NCBI GenBank assembly: GCA_963767005.1
Contig: CAVYCN010000004.1
Location: forward strand, 352,001-416,000
DNA length: 64,000 nucleotides
Reading direction: 5' to 3'
Source of the DNA: an uncultured Actinomycetes bacterium
Lineage (GTDB): Bacteria > Actinomycetota > Thermoleophilia > UBA2241
Every line of letters starts with the position of its first letter. The first letter of the stretch is position 1. A program made the position numbers and the translations under genes. The notes beneath the pieces were generated by a model. The model had not been told where the DNA came from. It did not search any database and was given only the letters and a program-made list of their open reading frames with translations. Shown here piece by piece: positions 61,520 to 64,000 of this stretch.

Positions 61520-61569
61520 GTCGGACGCGCGGCGGGGCGGCCGTACGGCCGCCCCGCCGCGCGTCCGAC
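61520..61569. terminator. Perfect 50-bp palindrome between convergent genes (bidirectional terminator)
   Basis: GTCGGACGCGCGGCGGGGCGGCCGT|ACGGCCGCCCCGCCGCGCGTCCGAC. Confidence 0.65.
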
Positions 61570-61602
61570 TCGTCTGCCGCGCCGCTTCGTGCGCGGGTGT
61601 CG

Positions 61603-62565
61603 TCAGGCCTGCAGCTCGGCGAGCAGCGCCCGCACCTCGGCGAGGCGCTCGTCCAGACCGAGCGCCTCGCAGACCTTCTCGGCCTCGGTGAGCTGCAGGA
61701 TCGCGTCGAGCGTCTGCTCGTGCGCCCGGCACTGCCTGGCGAGCTCGACCTCGTCGCCGACGAGCTGCTCGAGCAAGTGCCGCACCCCGGGGTCTGTCAG
61801 GTCGACCTCGGCTTCGCCGGTGGTCACCAGGATGTCCGACAGCAGCACCGGAGCCGGCGCCTCCGGCGTCTCTCGCGTGTCCGGCGTCGGCGCCGACTGG
61901 TCTGGTGGCACCACCGGCTCCGCTTCGGCGGCAGGCGCCGGTGCGGCGTCCGGCTCGGGTGCGGCCGCGGTCCCTTCGGCCGCGGCCGAGGGGGGCTCCT
62001 GCGCCGCCCTCGCGTGGTCGGGCGGGAAGATGTCGTCGTGGGAGCCGAAGGGATCGACGGGGAACGGCCCGTGATCGACAAAGACGCCCGGCGCCGCGGA
62101 TCCCGGTTCGGGTGAGGCGGGGCTGCCGAGCGCCTCGAAGTCGCGTGAGAGGGGCTCGTCGAGGAACGAGCCGGTCTGCTCGGGCGTCACGATCGGTGCG
62201 GCGGGTGGAGCCACCGCCGGCGTCGCCGCCTCGAGCGGCGGCGTGGCCGGCGCGAAGGCCGGCGCGGGCGACGGCTCCTCCGGAGCTTCGACGACCGGGG
62301 CGGGCGGCGTCGGTGACATCGCGGCGACCGGCGCCGGGGGCGCGTCGGCGAGCGGCGCCGGCGGGGCGGCCCACGACGGACGCGGTGCGGCCAGCGTGTC
62401 GGGTGCGGCCGGCGGCCCGCTCGCGGCCTGGTCGGCGGCCGGCCCCGCGGCCATCAGCTTGTCGTCGGCGCTGCGGTGGCGGATCAGGACGATGAGGAGC
62501 AGCACCGCGACGACCAGCGCCGCCACGGCGACCCCCAGCCACTGCATCTCGATCGCTGCGATCAT
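61603..62565 (-). CDS. Hypothetical N-terminally membrane-anchored Pro/Ala-rich protein
   Basis: Single TM helix, long low-complexity linker, helical C-terminal domain; AAGGGG RBS. Confidence 0.7.
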   Translation of the reverse strand: MIAAIEMQWLGVAVAALVVAVLLLIVLIRHRSADDKLMAAGPAADQAASGPPAAPDTLAAPRPSWAAPPAPLADAPPAPVAAMSPTPPAPVVEAPEEPSPAPAFAPATPPLEAATPAVAPPAAPIVTPEQTGSFLDEPLSRDFEALGSPASPEPGSAAPGVFVDHGPFPVDPFGSHDDIFPPDHARAAQEPPSAAAEGTAAAPEPDAAPAPAAEAEPVVPPDQSAPTPDTRETPEAPAPVLLSDILVTTGEAEVDLTDPGVRHLLEQLVGDEVELARQCRAHEQTLDAILQLTEAEKVCEALGLDERLAEVRALLAELQA

Positions 62566-62710
62566 GGCTACCCCTTGCCTTCACCTCGTGGTGGACGTCC
62601 GCATCCAAGTTCTGCCTGCACCGCCCGTTCCCTGCGCTGTCCCGCCGCGGCTCGCGGGGCAGTACAATCCGAGGCGCTCGCACTCCCGCTCATCGACGGT
62701 AGGTGGACGC

Positions 62711-63733
62711 ATGATCGACCCGGCCGTGCTGCGCGCCACGCTGGCCGAGCTCGGCCAGCCGCCGTATCGTGCCACCCAGGTCTACGAGGCCCTGACCCGC
62801 GGTCTCATCACCGACTTCGCCGACGTCGGCGTGCTGCCGCGGGCGCTGCGCGCGGCTCTGACCGAGCGCCTCGAGCCGCTCAGCCTGCGGCCGGTCGAGA
62901 CGCGCGCGACGGCGGCCGGCGACGCGCGCAAGACGCTCTTCGAGACGCGCGACGGACGGGCCGTCGAAGCCGTCCTCATGGTCTATCCGCGGCGCGCCAC
63001 GGTGTGCATCTCGAGCCAGGTTGGCTGCTCCGTGCGCTGCGCCTTCTGCGCCTCGGGGGCCCGCGGCCGCGCGCGCGACCTGAGCGCCGAAGAGATGGTC
63101 GACCAGGTGTTGCACTTCGCGCGCGTGCTGCGCGCCGCCGGACGGTCGGTCACCAACGTCGTCGTCATGGGCATGGGCGAGCCCTTCCTCAACTACGACG
63201 AAACGCTGCGCGCCTGCCGCCTGCTGAACGACCCCGACGGCTTCGGACTGGGTGCGCGCGGCCTGTCGATCTCGACGGCCGGGGTGATCCCGGCCCTGCG
63301 GCGTTTCACCGCCGAGGGATCGCAGATCAACCTCGCGGTCAGCCTCCACGCCGCCACCGACGAGCTGCGCGACCGGCTCGTGCCGCTCAACCGGCGCTAT
63401 CCGCTCGACGCGCTGCTCGCCGCCTGCGCGGAGTACGTGGAGCGCCGCCGCCGCAAGCTCCTGTTCGAGTACGTCGTGCTCTCCGGCGTGAACGACGGCG
63501 CCGACCAGGTGCGGGCCCTCGCGGCGCGCCTGCGGCGGCCGCTCTACCACCTGAACCTGATCGCCTACAACGAGGGGGGCGGCGAGTTCGCGCGCCCGCC
63601 GGCGCGCGAGCTCGCCGCCCTCCGCGACCGTCTCGTCGCAGCCGGCCTGCCCTGCACAGTCCGGCGCTCGCCGGGGGGAGAGATCGAGGCCGCCTGCGGC
63701 CAGCTCGCCGGGGCGCACCGGCCCGTCGGATAG
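62711..63733 (+). CDS. rlmN: Dual-specificity RNA methyltransferase RlmN (radical SAM)
   Basis: CISSQVGC.V.C.FC, MGMGEP, SLHA, FEY, I.AACGQL. Confidence 0.93.
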   Translation: MIDPAVLRATLAELGQPPYRATQVYEALTRGLITDFADVGVLPRALRAALTERLEPLSLRPVETRATAAGDARKTLFETRDGRAVEAVLMVYPRRATVCISSQVGCSVRCAFCASGARGRARDLSAEEMVDQVLHFARVLRAAGRSVTNVVVMGMGEPFLNYDETLRACRLLNDPDGFGLGARGLSISTAGVIPALRRFTAEGSQINLAVSLHAATDELRDRLVPLNRRYPLDALLAACAEYVERRRRKLLFEYVVLSGVNDGADQVRALAARLRRPLYHLNLIAYNEGGGEFARPPARELAALRDRLVAAGLPCTVRRSPGGEIEAACGQLAGAHRPVG

Positions 63734-63770
63734 GCGCTGTCGGCGCGCCGAGCGACTTCGTCGTCGGCGC

Positions 63771-64000
63771 TCAGGCCGGGGTGACTCCGTCGCGCGCCTC
63801 GTCGCCGGCGGGCGGCAACGCGTTTCGCAGCCGGGTGGCCGCCACGCTCGGTTCGACCGTGTTCACGCCGATGCCCGTGCCGAGCTCGAAGCCGGCCATG
63901 GTGGTCGTCCTGGGCGCCACCTCGAGGTGCCAGTGGAAGGGCGGGCGCGGCTCGTCGTCGGGCTCGCCGGTCGCGCGCGGCACGGTGTGCAGCCAGGCGT
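63771..64000 (-). CDS. galT: Galactose-1-phosphate uridylyltransferase family, C-terminal part (runs off window edge)
   Basis: FHWHLEVAPR....AGFELGTG..VN.V.P..AA.RLR. Confidence 0.8.
   Translation of the reverse strand, partial: AWLHTVPRATGEPDDEPRPPFHWHLEVAPRTTTMAGFELGTGIGVNTVEPSVAATRLRNALPPAGDEARDGVTPA

Overview
Very GC-rich chromosomal segment. Gene style (leaderless starts, stand-alone tRNA-Ile, NlpC/P60, DUF151) suggests an actinobacterium, possibly Thermoleophilia (inference). The window is dominated by methyl/C1 and amino-acid metabolism. (1) A formaldehyde-activating enzyme (Fae) homologue, cut by the left edge, is divergent from an Lrp-panB-aminotransferase-mttB-mttB-corrinoid protein cluster. 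(2) A glycine-riboswitch-led gcvH-gcvPA-gcvPB-lipoate ligase-lpdA-lipA operon has no gcvT. (3) The selenocysteine machinery is complete: selD with an in-frame UGA and SECIS-like hairpin, selA, selB and tRNA-Sec. (4) A second, strongly divergent GcvPA/GcvPB pair sits with two SDRs and an AcoX-like NAD-kinase-family gene. (5) There are five non-pyrrolysine MttB-family methyltransferases in total, plus peptide-type ABC transporters and housekeeping genes (ychF, rlmN, galT fragment). Small ORFs absent from or not obvious in the ORF track include a Cys-rich possible selenoprotein downstream of tRNA-Sec and a leader ORF upstream of an mttB pair. No transposase, integrase, rRNA or CRISPR array was seen. 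All product calls come from recognising motifs by eye; no searches were run.
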